NCBI GenBank assembly: GCA_002478275.1
Contig: DLMY01000020.1
Location: 77,727-132,057 of the forward strand
Reading direction: 5' to 3'
Length of the DNA stretch: 54,331 bases
Origin: Actinobacteria bacterium UBA7524
GTDB taxonomy: Bacteria > Actinomycetota > Coriobacteriia > Anaerosomatales > UBA912
Each line of letters opens with the position of its first letter. Position 1 is the first letter of the stretch. Below, in pieces: positions 20,064 to 29,921 of this stretch. The position numbers and the translations under genes are program-made. Below the pieces are notes generated by a model. The model made no database searches, was not told where the DNA came from, and worked only from the letters and a program-made list of their open reading frames with translations.

Positions 20064-21440
20064 GTGCCAGGCAAGACGAATGTAGATACCGGATCTGCTG
20101 CACCTGCGGAGGCGAAGCCCGAGCCCAAGACGAGGTCGCGGGCGCGAAAGCCTGCCCAGGCGCCTGAAGCGGACAACGCCGCGTTGCAGCTGCCCGAGGT
20201 TCAGACGCTCACGAAGATGGGCAAGAACAAGGGCAATCTGACGGAGGAGGAGATCTCCAGCGCTCTGGGTGACCTGGAGCTCGATGGAGATCAAGTCGAG
20301 CACGTCTACGCCCATTTCCGCGATGCAGGGATCGAGATAGTCGACGATATCGCGGTCGATGGCGCAGGTGCTGACGATGACGGCGACGACGGCTCGGATA
20401 TCGATGAGGACCTTCCGGCAGAGGAGAAGGAGCACATCGAGATCCCTCTCCCCAAGGTCACGAAGGCCACAGCGAAGAAGAAGCCCAAGAAACGCAGCGA
20501 CGGAGCTGCTCTCGCACCGCTCACCGGCGACCCGGTCCGCATGTACCTCAAGGAGATCGGCAAGGTCCCGCTGCTGACCGCAGCACAGGAGATCGATCTC
20601 GCTATGAAGATAGAGGCAGGACTGGAAGCCACGGCGCGTATGGAGGAAGCCTCGGAACGGGGAGAGCGCCTGGACCGTGCCGAGCTTCGTCGCATGCGCC
20701 GTATCGAACAGGTGGGTCTCGACGCCAAGCAGCAACTCGTCGAGGCGAACCTGCGGTTGGTGGTCTCGATCGCCAAGCGGTATGTCGGCCGAGGAATGCT
20801 GTTCCTGGATCTGATCCAAGAGGGCAACCTCGGACTGATCCGCGCGGTCGAGAAGTTCGACTACACCAAGGGCTTCAAGTTCTCCACGTACGCAACGTGG
20901 TGGATCCGGCAGGCCATCACGCGCGCGATCGCAGACCAGGCCCGTACCATCCGCATTCCCGTGCATATGGTCGAGACCATCAACAAGCTCATCCGCGTCC
21001 AGCGCAGTCTTCTGCAGGAGTTCGGGCGTGAACCCACTCCTGAGGAGATCGGCGAGCAGATGGAGATGACCGCGGAGCGTGTGCGCGAGATCCTCAAGAT
21101 CAGCCAGGAGCCCGTGAGCCTGGAGACGCCCATCGGCGAGGAAGAGGACAGCCAGCTCGGTGACTTCATCGAGGACGGCGAAGCGATCGTGCCTCCCGAC
21201 GCAGCGAGCTTCTCGATGCTGCAAGAGCAGCTCTCAAAGGTGCTCGACGGGCTTTCCGAGCGAGAGCGTAAGGTCATCGAGCTGAGGTTCGGTCTCACCG
21301 ACGGGCATCCTCGGACGCTCGAAGAGGTCGGGCGGGAGTTCGGGGTCACTCGCGAGCGCATCAGGCAGATCGAGTCCAAGACGCTGTGCAAGCTCAGGCA
21401 TCCGAGCCGGTCGAGCAAGCTCAAGGACTACCTGGAGTAG
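20064..21440 (+). CDS. rpoD: Primary RNA polymerase sigma factor
   Basis: [55 protein letters not shown]; follows dnaG. Confidence 0.98.
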   Translation: MPGKTNVDTGSAAPAEAKPEPKTRSRARKPAQAPEADNAALQLPEVQTLTKMGKNKGNLTEEEISSALGDLELDGDQVEHVYAHFRDAGIEIVDDIAVDGAGADDDGDDGSDIDEDLPAEEKEHIEIPLPKVTKATAKKKPKKRSDGAALAPLTGDPVRMYLKEIGKVPLLTAAQEIDLAMKIEAGLEATARMEEASERGERLDRAELRRMRRIEQVGLDAKQQLVEANLRLVVSIAKRYVGRGMLFLDLIQEGNLGLIRAVEKFDYTKGFKFSTYATWWIRQAITRAIADQARTIRIPVHMVETINKLIRVQRSLLQEFGREPTPEEIGEQMEMTAERVREILKISQEPVSLETPIGEEEDSQLGDFIEDGEAIVPPDAASFSMLQEQLSKVLDGLSERERKVIELRFGLTDGHPRTLEEVGREFGVTRERIRQIESKTLCKLRHPSRSSKLKDYLE

Positions 21441-21476
21441 CGGGGCGCGACAGCGGGGGCCGTCTGTTGCGGCCCG
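21441..21476. terminator. Imperfect GC-rich hairpin between convergent rpoD and HD-GYP genes
   Basis: CGGG.CGCGACAG..CTGTTGCG.CCCG pairing in the 44-nt gap. Confidence 0.45.
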
Positions 21477-21484
21477 TGCACACG

Positions 21485-22984
21485 TCAGCCGCAGATCAGA
21501 CCGCCGGTCACTTCGAGCTTGAAGCCTCGCTCGCGGAACAGGCGTGTCACGGCTTCGGCCACATCACGGTCATAGAGCAAGCCGGCGTGGTTGACGATCT
21601 CCTGAAGGGCCGCATCCACGCCTGAGGCGATCTTGTAGGGGCGGTGAGAGGACATCGCTTCGACGACGTCGGCAACGGCGAGGATCTTGGAGCCGAGCAG
21701 GATCTCCTCGGCGGTGAGATTGTTGGGATAGCCGGACCCGTCGAGTCGTTCGTGGTGCTGTAGTACGTACGTCGCCACGGGCCAGGGGAAGTCGATGGAG
21801 CCCAGAACGTCGTAGGCGACCTCGGGGTGCATCTTGACGATGTTGAACTCCACCTCGGTCAGGCGGCGCGGCTTCGTGAGTATCTCCGCGGGCACGTAGA
21901 CCTTACCGATGTCGTGGATGAGCGCGGCGGTGCGGATGCCGTCGCAGGTATCCTCGTCGAGTCGCATTTCGACTGCGATCGCATGTGCAATCTCAGCGAC
22001 GCGCTCCTGGTGTCCTGAGGTGTACGGGTCGCGCGCCTCGACGATCTTCGCGATCGCACTGATGGTGCCGGTCATCACGCTCTCGAGCTTGAGCACCGTG
22101 AGCGCAAGGTCGTGTTTGGTCTCCTCCTGGGCGGTGATGTCGGTGAGCATGGCCAGTGTGCCGTCGGCCGGGTCTTCGCCCATGCGCGCGGCAGCGAGGC
22201 TCACGGTGATGGGACGCCCGTCTTTGGCGTGCACTACCATCACGTGACCGGCGATCTCCTTCTTGTCGCCGATGAGTGCATTGAGGCACTCCTGCCCGCC
22301 GCCTTGGGAGAGTAGCGGGCATTCGCCGAAGAGCACCTCATCGGCGCTCCAGCCGAAGATCTTCTCCGCCGCGCGGTTCCAGAGGGTGACGAGCCCTTCC
22401 GGGTTGAGTGTGAGTATGGCGACAGGCGAGGAATAGATGACACGGCTGAGCGCCTGTTCGGTCTGGCGCAGCGTTTCAGCGGTGGCAGCGAGGTTCTCGT
22501 TGGCGGAGCGCAGCTCGGAGAGTTGCGTCTCCAGCTTGCTCACCAATCTGGCGTTGTACTCGCGCAGCAGGTCCGACTCGTTGACGTCGGGCATCTGGAG
22601 GTGCAGCTCGCCCCGTTCCGCCAGGTCCAGGACGCCCTCGATCTCTCTGACGAGCGAGATGGGGTCCATGGGCTTGATCAGGAAACGGTCGACCCCCAGG
22701 CTCTGCGCGAAACGCTCATCATCGGGCTCGGTGTAGTTCGCGCTGTAGAAGACGAAGGGGGTGGTGGAGAGTATCTCATCGGCGCGCCACTCGCGTGCGA
22801 GCGCGTACCCGTCCATGCCGGGCATCAGGATATCGGACACGATGATGTCGGGTGGGCTGGCGTGCGCCTTCTCAAGAGCGTCAACGCCGTTCTCGGCCTC
22901 GGTGCACGTATGACCGGCGCCCGTGAGAATCGACGTCAGCAGATAGCGGCTGGCTTCGTCGTCATCGCATACCAGGACGTGCAT
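21485..22984 (-). CDS. Response regulator REC-PAS-HD-GYP, putative cyclic-dinucleotide phosphodiesterase
   Basis: VLVCDDD..DILMPGMDG..KP receiver; PAS WNRAAEKIFGW; HDIGK, HHERLDGSGYP; ATG 22984 with a purine-rich SD. Confidence 0.92.
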   Translation of the reverse strand: MHVLVCDDDEASRYLLTSILTGAGHTCTEAENGVDALEKAHASPPDIIVSDILMPGMDGYALAREWRADEILSTTPFVFYSANYTEPDDERFAQSLGVDRFLIKPMDPISLVREIEGVLDLAERGELHLQMPDVNESDLLREYNARLVSKLETQLSELRSANENLAATAETLRQTEQALSRVIYSSPVAILTLNPEGLVTLWNRAAEKIFGWSADEVLFGECPLLSQGGGQECLNALIGDKKEIAGHVMVVHAKDGRPITVSLAAARMGEDPADGTLAMLTDITAQEETKHDLALTVLKLESVMTGTISAIAKIVEARDPYTSGHQERVAEIAHAIAVEMRLDEDTCDGIRTAALIHDIGKVYVPAEILTKPRRLTEVEFNIVKMHPEVAYDVLGSIDFPWPVATYVLQHHERLDGSGYPNNLTAEEILLGSKILAVADVVEAMSSHRPYKIASGVDAALQEIVNHAGLLYDRDVAEAVTRLFRERGFKLEVTGGLICG

Positions 22985-23047
22985 AACACCTGCCCTTTCC
23001 TGCGCCGACGCAGCAGCGCCCCTCAAATGGAAGATACCCGCGCTGCA

Positions 23048-23056
23048 AGGTTAGCA
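23048..23056 (-). promoter_or_regulatory. Putative extended -10 (TGcTAACCT) for the HD-GYP gene
   Basis: TGn-TAnnnT about 64 nt upstream of the start codon. Confidence 0.45.
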
Positions 23057-23164
23057 ATCTTCGGGCCACCGCCTGCCTGGAGCGATCGGCGAGATGCGTT
23101 GACATGCAGACGGTGTGGGCCGGCATCGGTTATTGCGAGCGTAGCGGCCGAGTGGTCGAGTGTC

Positions 23165-23180
23165 TGTGAGAACGGACACA
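23165..23180. promoter_or_regulatory. CRP/FNR-family-like box TGTGA-N6-ACACA
   Basis: 9/10 match to the consensus, intergenic, upstream of the HD-GYP gene. Confidence 0.4.
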
Positions 23181-23229
23181 CTGGACGAAGAGGGGTAACA
23201 GCGAGACGGCTCTCTATTGTCCGTTCCCA

Positions 23230-23264
23230 GAGAACGAGAAGCGGCCCTCACGTGTGGGCCGCTT
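23230..23264 (-). terminator. Terminator downstream of tRNA-Asn
   Basis: AAGCGGCCC/GGGCCGCTT 9-bp stem (23239-23264) followed on the minus strand by a pyrimidine tract. Confidence 0.7.
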
Positions 23265-23273
23265 GAGAAGGTC

Positions 23274-23349
<76 letters not shown>

Positions 23350-23415
23350 GTATGGGCGTCGACTCCCTGAAGAGCGGTTCCGCGCGAGGCGGGCGACGCA
23401 TGCGAACGAATGAGG

Positions 23416-23444
23416 ATTATACGGAACGCGGCGCAGCTGGGCAA
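23416..23444 (-). promoter_or_regulatory. Sigma70 promoter of tRNA-Asn
   Basis: TTGCCC-N17-TATAAT on the minus strand. Confidence 0.8.
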
Positions 23445-23578
23445 CAGCCATGGCCACAGGGAGCGGAGCGGGTCGGGAGGTGGGTGACTGAATCCTCACC
23501 GGTTCGAAGGGGAGGCCTTGTTGCGGGGTATAGATTCTTGTCGGGGGAGTCTCGGTCGTTCGTCGGGGGGCGAGTGAC

Positions 23579-25942
23579 ATGCGTAGGTCAAGGTGCTTGA
23601 TGTGCACTGTTCTCGTGCTGGCAGTAGCGCTCGGGACCGTGAGCATCGCTCCCGTTGCCGTTGCCGTGTCGACGTACTGGGTCGTGGACATCGCGATGGG
23701 GGACAATGCCAACACAGGTTCTTCCGAAAGCCCGTTGCGAACGATCGAAGCAGCGATAGCGCGTTCCTCGGCGGGTGATACGATCCTGGTCCGGCCGGGC
23801 GTCTACCGCTACGACGCGGAGCAGGACTTCCCGATCCTGTTGCCTGCGGGTGTGCGTCTGATGAGCCTCGAAGGGCCCGAGGTCACGTCGATCGTAGCGT
23901 ACGACGACAAGCGGACGCTCCGAATCGTGAACCCGACCGAGGGTACCGGACTCAGCGGTTTCACCATCACGAGCGAGGGCGTGGAGGGCGGTGTCGTCAT
24001 CCAGCGCTCAGGCGGGACTCCGCCTGACAACTGCCCACTGATCGAGGACTGCATCATCGAAGGCAACGCAGCACCCGACGGCGGGGGCATCTGGGTCGAC
24101 GGAGTGCCCGGGTCCGTGGTCAAGCCACGGATCGTCGAATGTGTGATCAGGGACAACGACGCAGAGGACGGTGGCGGCCTGTATCTCGGAAATCACACGA
24201 GCGCCACGTTGCTTCGCTGCTCGATCGAGGGGAACCGTGCGGAGTACGGCGGCGGACTCTTGTCGCCTACCACTTTTGGACTGTTCATATACGAGTGCAC
24301 GATCGATGGTAATACCGCATACAACAGTGGCGGAGGGCTTCACGCCCCGACCAGTGGTGCTGACATCGTGATCGCGTCGACCCGGTTTGCCGATAACACG
24401 GCCGGCACGATGGGCGGTGGAGCGTGGATCTCCGGAAGCAACCCGTCGATCCGCTCTTGCGAGATCGTGGGGAATTCGGCTGCAACGGGCGGCGGGGGCT
24501 ACTTCCAGTACGGCTCCCCGACGTTCGAGAATTGCCTGTTGGCCGAGAACGACGCGGCCACAGGCGGGGCTGGGTATCTGCAATACGGTGACTTCAACCT
24601 GTACAACTGTACGATCGCGAACAACACCGGTACCTGGGCGGGGATCTACCCACTGCATGCGGTGTCTGGCGCCGAGGCGTACAACTGCGTGTTCTGGGGC
24701 AACGGCGGCAATGATATCCGGAACGCGACTGTGATCGAATACTGCGATACGCAAGACACCGATCCGGCAGCGGACAACAACACGGGGATCGCGAACGTCA
24801 TCCACGCGGACCCGCAGTTCGTGGGTGGCGGGGACTATCGCCTCAAGCCGGGCTCGCCCTGCATCGACGCCGGTTCTCCCACTGTTGTCCTGCCCGAGGA
24901 CTACTTCGGCACCGAGCGGCCTCAAGACGGGGACGGAGATGGTGCGGCGAGGGCGGACATCGGCTATCACGAGTACGTGGTCCCCGAGGTAGCGCGCCTC
25001 GCAGGTACCGATCGCTACAAGACGGCGGTCGCCATCATCAAGGAGCGTTACGCGAGCAACACCACCGCCATCATCGCGAGCGGCGAGAACTACCCCGACG
25101 CCCTGTCCGCCGCCGGCCTGGCCGGTACGCACGGCGCCGCGCTGCTGTTGGTGCGTCGGGACTCGGTCCCGGCTGTCGTGGCCACCGCGCTCAAAGACCT
25201 GGGGGTCACCTACATCACCATCGTGGGTGGACCCGCGGCTGTCTCCGAAACGGTGCAGACCGAGCTTGCGAAGGAATACACGGTCAGCCGCGTCTACGGA
25301 GCCGATCGCTACGCGACCGCTGTAGCCGTGGCCGAAGAGATCGCCGAGGAGAACGGGTCGGACTTCTCCAAGACCGCATTCCTGGCGCGCGGGGACTCGT
25401 TCCCGGATGCGCTCGCTCTTTCTCCGCTGTCATTCCGAGGGTCGATGTTCGAACATGGCGCACCGATCCTGCTGACACGGCCCGGCTCACTACCCGCAGT
25501 GACGGCCTCAGCGTTGACCGATCGCGACATCGACAGGGTCTACGTGGCTGGCGGTGAGGCGGCGGTCTCGGCGAGCACGAAAGCCGCTGTAGACGCGCTG
25601 CTTGTTGCGAACGGTGGCAGCGCCTCGACGCGCTGGGCGGGCAACGACCGATATGCGACAGCGGTGAAGGTCGCCGAGGGTGGGGCCGCGAAGGGCTACG
25701 GGTGGTTCCAGACCCTCGGCATCGCGACCGGTACGAACTTCCCCGATGCGCTCGTGGGCGGCTGCGGGTTGGGTGCGGTCAACGGCGTGCTGTTGCTGAC
25801 CAGGCCTGACGTGCTTTCCTCGGCGACCGGAGCGGCGATCGAGGACAGGCTTCCCGACATCCATCGCGTGGAGATCCTGGGTGGCAGCGCAGCGGTCAGC
25901 GACTCGGTACGCGCGCAGATCGAGGCGAAGCTGGGGCTGTAG
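23579..25942 (+). CDS. Cell-wall protein: right-handed beta-helix (DUF1565/pectin-lyase-like), choice-of-anchor-Q-like tail, 3x CWB2 repeats
   Basis: Signal peptide; GxxxxPLRTI; repeated IxxNxAxxGGG; DYRLKPGSPCIDAG..DIGYHEY; three RLAGxDRYxTA...FPDAL...PILLT..GG..AVS units. Confidence 0.9.
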   Translation: MRRSRCLMCTVLVLAVALGTVSIAPVAVAVSTYWVVDIAMGDNANTGSSESPLRTIEAAIARSSAGDTILVRPGVYRYDAEQDFPILLPAGVRLMSLEGPEVTSIVAYDDKRTLRIVNPTEGTGLSGFTITSEGVEGGVVIQRSGGTPPDNCPLIEDCIIEGNAAPDGGGIWVDGVPGSVVKPRIVECVIRDNDAEDGGGLYLGNHTSATLLRCSIEGNRAEYGGGLLSPTTFGLFIYECTIDGNTAYNSGGGLHAPTSGADIVIASTRFADNTAGTMGGGAWISGSNPSIRSCEIVGNSAATGGGGYFQYGSPTFENCLLAENDAATGGAGYLQYGDFNLYNCTIANNTGTWAGIYPLHAVSGAEAYNCVFWGNGGNDIRNATVIEYCDTQDTDPAADNNTGIANVIHADPQFVGGGDYRLKPGSPCIDAGSPTVVLPEDYFGTERPQDGDGDGAARADIGYHEYVVPEVARLAGTDRYKTAVAIIKERYASNTTAIIASGENYPDALSAAGLAGTHGAALLLVRRDSVPAVVATALKDLGVTYITIVGGPAAVSETVQTELAKEYTVSRVYGADRYATAVAVAEEIAEENGSDFSKTAFLARGDSFPDALALSPLSFRGSMFEHGAPILLTRPGSLPAVTASALTDRDIDRVYVAGGEAAVSASTKAAVDALLVANGGSASTRWAGNDRYATAVKVAEGGAAKGYGWFQTLGIATGTNFPDALVGGCGLGAVNGVLLLTRPDVLSSATGAAIEDRLPDIHRVEILGGSAAVSDSVRAQIEAKLGL

Positions 25943-25951
25943 GGGGTCGTG

Positions 25952-25980
25952 CGGACATCCCGGCGAAGGTGCGGTAGACT
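25952..25980 (+). promoter_or_regulatory. Promoter of tRNA-Ile2/amidase
   Basis: CGGACA-N17-TAGACT, 30 nt upstream of the tRNA. Confidence 0.6.
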
Positions 25981-26010
25981 ATGTGCTCGCACCAAGTCGC
26001 CCGGCGACGT

Positions 26011-26085
26011 GGGCCCGTAGCTCAACGGTGGAGCAGGGGACTCATAATCCCTTGGTTGCAGGTTCGAATCCTGCCGGGCCCACCA
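26011..26085 (+). tRNA. tRNA with CAT anticodon, probably tRNA-Ile2 (lysidine)
   Basis: GGGCCCGTAGCTCAACGGTGGAGCAGGGGACT-CAT-AATCCCTTGGTTGCAGGTTCGAATCCTGCCGGGCCCACCA; G1-C72 paired (not initiator); C4-G69/C5-G68 and A73 as in Ile2 tRNAs. Confidence 0.9.
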
Positions 26086-26098
26086 AGGACGCTTCCAC

Positions 26099-27205
26099 AT
26101 GACCAGGTCACGCATCTCTCGCAAAGCCCGGCAACGCGACAAGACGCGCCTTGCCCGCCCCGCGCTCATCGCACTTGCGGTTCTCGGGAGTGCAGCGATC
26201 GTCGCGGGCGCGTTTCTCGGTATCCGGGCTCTCGCGGACACGACACGGCCTTCCGGCGCAGCTGATGACGCGTCCACCCAGGTCATCGCTATCCCACAAC
26301 CGCTCCTTGCCGAGGAGACCTCTACGGCCCCGCTGCCTCAGGACGCCATGATGGTCGAGGTGCCCGACGTCGCAGGAAAGCCGCTGCTTGAGGCCGAGGT
26401 GGTTCTCGAGGCAGCCGGGCTACGATTCGAGCTTGCGCTTGCAGGCGACGCGGCTGCGGCGAGTCCGGGTAATGTCATCACCCAAGAACCGGCTGGTGGC
26501 GCCATAGTCGCCCAGGGCACGCACATCGTCTTGGGCGTCCACCCCGATGACCTCGCGGCGCATGACGGATCGGGCCACGGGTACATCGTCTGCATCGACC
26601 CGGGGCACCAGGCGAAGTCCGACCTGCGTCAGGAGCCGATAGGCCCCGGGGCCACCGAGACGAAGGACAGGGTTCGGGGGGGAGCCACGGGTGTCGCCAC
26701 CCGTATGCCCGAGTACGAACTCGTGCTCCAGATATCGATGAACCTGAAGGCACGCCTGGAAGCCGCCGGTGTCACGGTGGTCATGGTCCGCGAGACCAAC
26801 GATGTGAACATCTCGAACAGCGAGCGTGCGACCATGGCGAATGAGGCCGGAGCCGACCTGTTCGTGCGCGTGCATGCAGACGGCAGTACCGACAGCAACA
26901 TAGCGGGTCTGAGCGTCCTGTACCCGGGCAAGAACCAATGGACCGGACCGATCGTCGAGCCGAGCGTCCGGGCGGCCACGGCCGTTCACGACGCGACGGT
27001 CGCCGCTACCGGCGCCGTGTCGCGTGGCACGGTGGCGCGCACCGACCTTTCCGGCTTCAATTGGTCCAAGGTCCCCGCTATCTTGGTGGAGTGCGGGTTC
27101 GTCACGAATCCCGTCGAGGACAAGCTTCTGGCCAGTCCTCACTATCAGGACAAACTTGCCGAAGGCATGACGAACGGGATACTGACCTATCTGAAGGGAC
27201 AGTGA
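26099..27205 (+). CDS. Membrane-anchored PASTA + N-acetylmuramoyl-L-alanine amidase (Amidase_3)
   Basis: TM helix; PASTA VPDVAG..A..L..AGL..VITQEP; IDPGH, E(YELVL), VHADG, LVECGF Zn/catalytic residues intact. Confidence 0.93.
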   Translation: MTRSRISRKARQRDKTRLARPALIALAVLGSAAIVAGAFLGIRALADTTRPSGAADDASTQVIAIPQPLLAEETSTAPLPQDAMMVEVPDVAGKPLLEAEVVLEAAGLRFELALAGDAAAASPGNVITQEPAGGAIVAQGTHIVLGVHPDDLAAHDGSGHGYIVCIDPGHQAKSDLRQEPIGPGATETKDRVRGGATGVATRMPEYELVLQISMNLKARLEAAGVTVVMVRETNDVNISNSERATMANEAGADLFVRVHADGSTDSNIAGLSVLYPGKNQWTGPIVEPSVRAATAVHDATVAATGAVSRGTVARTDLSGFNWSKVPAILVECGFVTNPVEDKLLASPHYQDKLAEGMTNGILTYLKGQ

Positions 27206-27209
27206 AGCA

Positions 27210-27938
27210 GTGGACGAGGGCTCGGGTTTCGGCAAAGCGCTGGCGATAGGAGCAGGCATAGGCTTCGCCGTGGTGGCGTTGCTGCTGGTGGCTCTCGTCG
27301 TCCTGCGGCCTGCCGGGGTGCTCGACCGAATCGGGACATCCTCGGCCAGGAGCACAGCCGATGACGTTGTTCTCGTACTCGTCCTGCCTGACGAGGAGGG
27401 CGTCGTTCTGCCGCGGGTCATCGATCGGTACCGGCTCGAAGGCGCTGCCCCCGAGTCCATATCTGAAGTCGTCTCGGCTCACTACGATCCCGCCGCCCGC
27501 GTCGCGATACCCGGGACGAGCTACGACATGCTGCGAGACACATACCCCTTCTCGGGCGCCAGCGGCCTCGCTGCCGCGGTCGCATCGGCGACGCCGGACG
27601 TCACGCCGGCGTACGTGGTCGTCGACTTCGAGGCACTGGAACAGCTGACGCGCAGTTCACGTTTCGCCATCGACGTCCCCGAGCATATGGAGGTCTTCGA
27701 CGGGTTCCAGCTGTTCACTCTCGAGGCGGGCGAGGGTGAGTTCGACGCCGCGCAGATCGCTGCGATGTTCAAGGGGGCTGAGTATCTTGAGGACGCGGAT
27801 CGCGAGTCGCTCCGCAACCAGGTGGGTGTGCAGCTCCTGGAAGCGCTCGCGCGCACCGAATCCTTCGAGCTCGTCAAGACCGATCTGTCCGCCGAGGAGT
27901 TCGTGAAGTGGCTACAGGCCCTCGGGGGCCTGCGTTAG
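27210..27938 (+). CDS. LCP (LytR-CpsA-Psr)-fold membrane protein, catalytic motifs degenerate
   Basis: VAIPGTSYDMLRDTY..SG, YVVVDFEAL, IDVP, LEAG...DAAQ and VKTDLS follow the LCP scaffold order; GxD, RxD, SIPRD and RxR are absent. Confidence 0.65.
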   Translation: MDEGSGFGKALAIGAGIGFAVVALLLVALVVLRPAGVLDRIGTSSARSTADDVVLVLVLPDEEGVVLPRVIDRYRLEGAAPESISEVVSAHYDPAARVAIPGTSYDMLRDTYPFSGASGLAAAVASATPDVTPAYVVVDFEALEQLTRSSRFAIDVPEHMEVFDGFQLFTLEAGEGEFDAAQIAAMFKGAEYLEDADRESLRNQVGVQLLEALARTESFELVKTDLSAEEFVKWLQALGGLR

Positions 27939-27989
27939 AGGTTTGGTAGTACCCCCCTCGGTACCTGCTGAGTTCGCGTCGGGCCTATC

Positions 27990-28002
27990 GGTGCGGTAGA
28001 AT
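27990..28002 (+). promoter_or_regulatory. Putative -10 region (GGTGCGG-TAGAAT) of the second CWB2 gene
   Basis: Near-consensus -10, 48 nt upstream of ATG 28051. Confidence 0.55.
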
Positions 28003-28050
28003 GCGCCTGACGTTGGGGGTGTTCGTTCCGATGGGCGGTGTTGCTGCAGC

Positions 28051-29910
28051 ATGGGTCACCGGTTCATTCGGTTAGCGCTCTGCGCTGCGCTCGTTTGCCT
28101 CTCGGTTCCCACTATCTCTGTCGCCGCTCCCCGCGCCGATTCCGATGCCGATCCTGGGCCTGTGTTCTCCAAGGGTGCCGGCGCGGCAGCAGATGGCGAC
28201 GGCCGCGAAGGCATCAGCGCGCTTGCCGACAGCATCGCGGACGCCACGCCGCTTACTCCGTCTCCAGTTGCGGGAACCTTGCCCGCTCAGGGTGATAGCG
28301 TCCTCTATTCGATCGCACTTGAACCGGGTCAGCGTATCGAGCTGAGCCTGACGGGTACGGGCGGCGCCTTCGACGTGTACCTCTACCCGCCGGCGACAGA
28401 CCTTTTGGAGGACGCCCTCGCGGTGGCCCATGCCACCGAGGGCAGCTACCCCCGGCGACTCGCGTATGATGTCCCTTCGTACCTGAGCGGCACGTACTAC
28501 ATCGAGGTGTACGCGTACTCAGGAGCGGGATCGTACTCCCTGTCCTGGCTGGTGAGAGAGCCGGGCGAGAACACGCGCACCGACATCGATGCCGCGACGG
28601 CGTTACCTGTTCCCGGAGCTACCACTGTGACCCTGGCGAATGCCTGGGGCGCCAACCGGGTCTTCAAGGTGCGTCTCAACCAGGTGCGCAGAGTACAGGT
28701 CGACCTGGCGGGACCGGCGAATGCGGACTTCGACGTCTACCTCTACGCCCCCGGCGTCGGGACGATCCTGCCCTGGAACACCAGAGCGCTTGGAAAGAGC
28801 AACTCGCCGACCTCGAACGAGCGTCTCATCTACGACGTGCCCGCCGGTGCGACAGGGGAGTACTACCTCGAAGTTCTGCGCTTCAACGGCAGCGGTACCG
28901 CGACGCTGCAGGTAAGCGAGTACCCGATACCGCCCGCGCCCGCCACCACGCGCATGTGGGGTGCTGACCGCTATGCGACCGCCGCAGCGATATCGGCGCG
29001 CTCGTTCCCCGCTGGCTCACAGAGCGTGGTCCTGGCAAGCGGGAGAGCCTTTCCTGATGGTCTGACTTCCTCGGCGTTGGCCGGGGCGCTTCACGCGCCT
29101 GTGTTGCTGACGCAGCCGACTGGTCTCCCAGTTGCAGCGGCCGCTGAGCTCCGGCGGCTCGGCGCGCGAACCATCTACATCGTCGGCGGGACCGCCGCGG
29201 TTGGCACGGCTGTTGAGAGCGATATCCTGGGCCAGGTGCCCGGCACGCGTATCGTGCGCGTCGCCGGCCCGACGCGCTACGAGACCGCCGCTGCAGTCGC
29301 CGACAAGGTCCACGAGGTCTCCGGGCGACGGAGCCGTAACGTGTTCCTGGCCTCCGGCGAGACCTTCCCCGATGCGCTCTCGTTCTCTCCGGTCGCCTAC
29401 TCGACGCGCACCCCGATCATCCTGACGCGTCCCGCTTCCCTGCCCGAGGCGAGCCGGGCTGCGATCCTGCGCATGCGCGGTAGCGAGACCGGCTCGGTCG
29501 ACCTGCTCGTCGCCGGTGGCACCGCTGCCGTGAGTGACAACGCAGCAGGGGCGGCAGCGTATGCGGCTGGCGGAGCCTATGCCCGCGCAGCCGGCGCGAC
29601 GCGCTACGGCACCGCGCTCGCGGTCGCCGAGCACGCGGTCTTCGCGGGCTGGGCCGACCCCGAGACGGTGGCCGTCGCCTCTGGCGCAGGCTTCCCCGAC
29701 GCGTTGGCCGGCGCTTCGCTACCGGGTAAGAGGGGCGGTACACTGTTACTGTCGGCGCCTGCGACGTTGAGTTCGCCTGCGGAGGCCTACTTGCGTTCGT
29801 TCGACTTCGCCGTCAACGAATGCTGGGTGCTCGGAGGTGCTGCGGCGGTCGGAGACCCGGTGATAGACCGGATTCGGACCGTACTGCCCGACGAGCCACG
29901 ACCTTACTAG
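28051..29910 (+). CDS. Cell-wall protein: 2x PPC-like domains + 3x CWB2 repeats
   Basis: Signal peptide; two L.G....FDVYLY.P...GxYYxEV..Y/FxGxG units; three GxxRYxTA/FPDAL/PxLLT repeats. Confidence 0.9.
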   Translation: MGHRFIRLALCAALVCLSVPTISVAAPRADSDADPGPVFSKGAGAAADGDGREGISALADSIADATPLTPSPVAGTLPAQGDSVLYSIALEPGQRIELSLTGTGGAFDVYLYPPATDLLEDALAVAHATEGSYPRRLAYDVPSYLSGTYYIEVYAYSGAGSYSLSWLVREPGENTRTDIDAATALPVPGATTVTLANAWGANRVFKVRLNQVRRVQVDLAGPANADFDVYLYAPGVGTILPWNTRALGKSNSPTSNERLIYDVPAGATGEYYLEVLRFNGSGTATLQVSEYPIPPAPATTRMWGADRYATAAAISARSFPAGSQSVVLASGRAFPDGLTSSALAGALHAPVLLTQPTGLPVAAAAELRRLGARTIYIVGGTAAVGTAVESDILGQVPGTRIVRVAGPTRYETAAAVADKVHEVSGRRSRNVFLASGETFPDALSFSPVAYSTRTPIILTRPASLPEASRAAILRMRGSETGSVDLLVAGGTAAVSDNAAGAAAYAAGGAYARAAGATRYGTALAVAEHAVFAGWADPETVAVASGAGFPDALAGASLPGKRGGTLLLSAPATLSSPAEAYLRSFDFAVNECWVLGGAAAVGDPVIDRIRTVLPDEPRPY

Positions 29911-29921
29911 AGGACGACCGG

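Noticed and set aside
23483..23500. Palindrome GGTGA-N8-TCACC between the tRNA-Asn and CWB2 promoters
   Set aside because: Spacing does not fit CRP and 5-bp arms occur by chance; single instance.
26011..26085. tRNA-Met or initiator assignment for the CAT tRNA
   Set aside because: Paired G1-C72 and an A31-U39 pair exclude the initiator; the acceptor stem fits Ile2. Elongator Met cannot be fully excluded without a covariance model.
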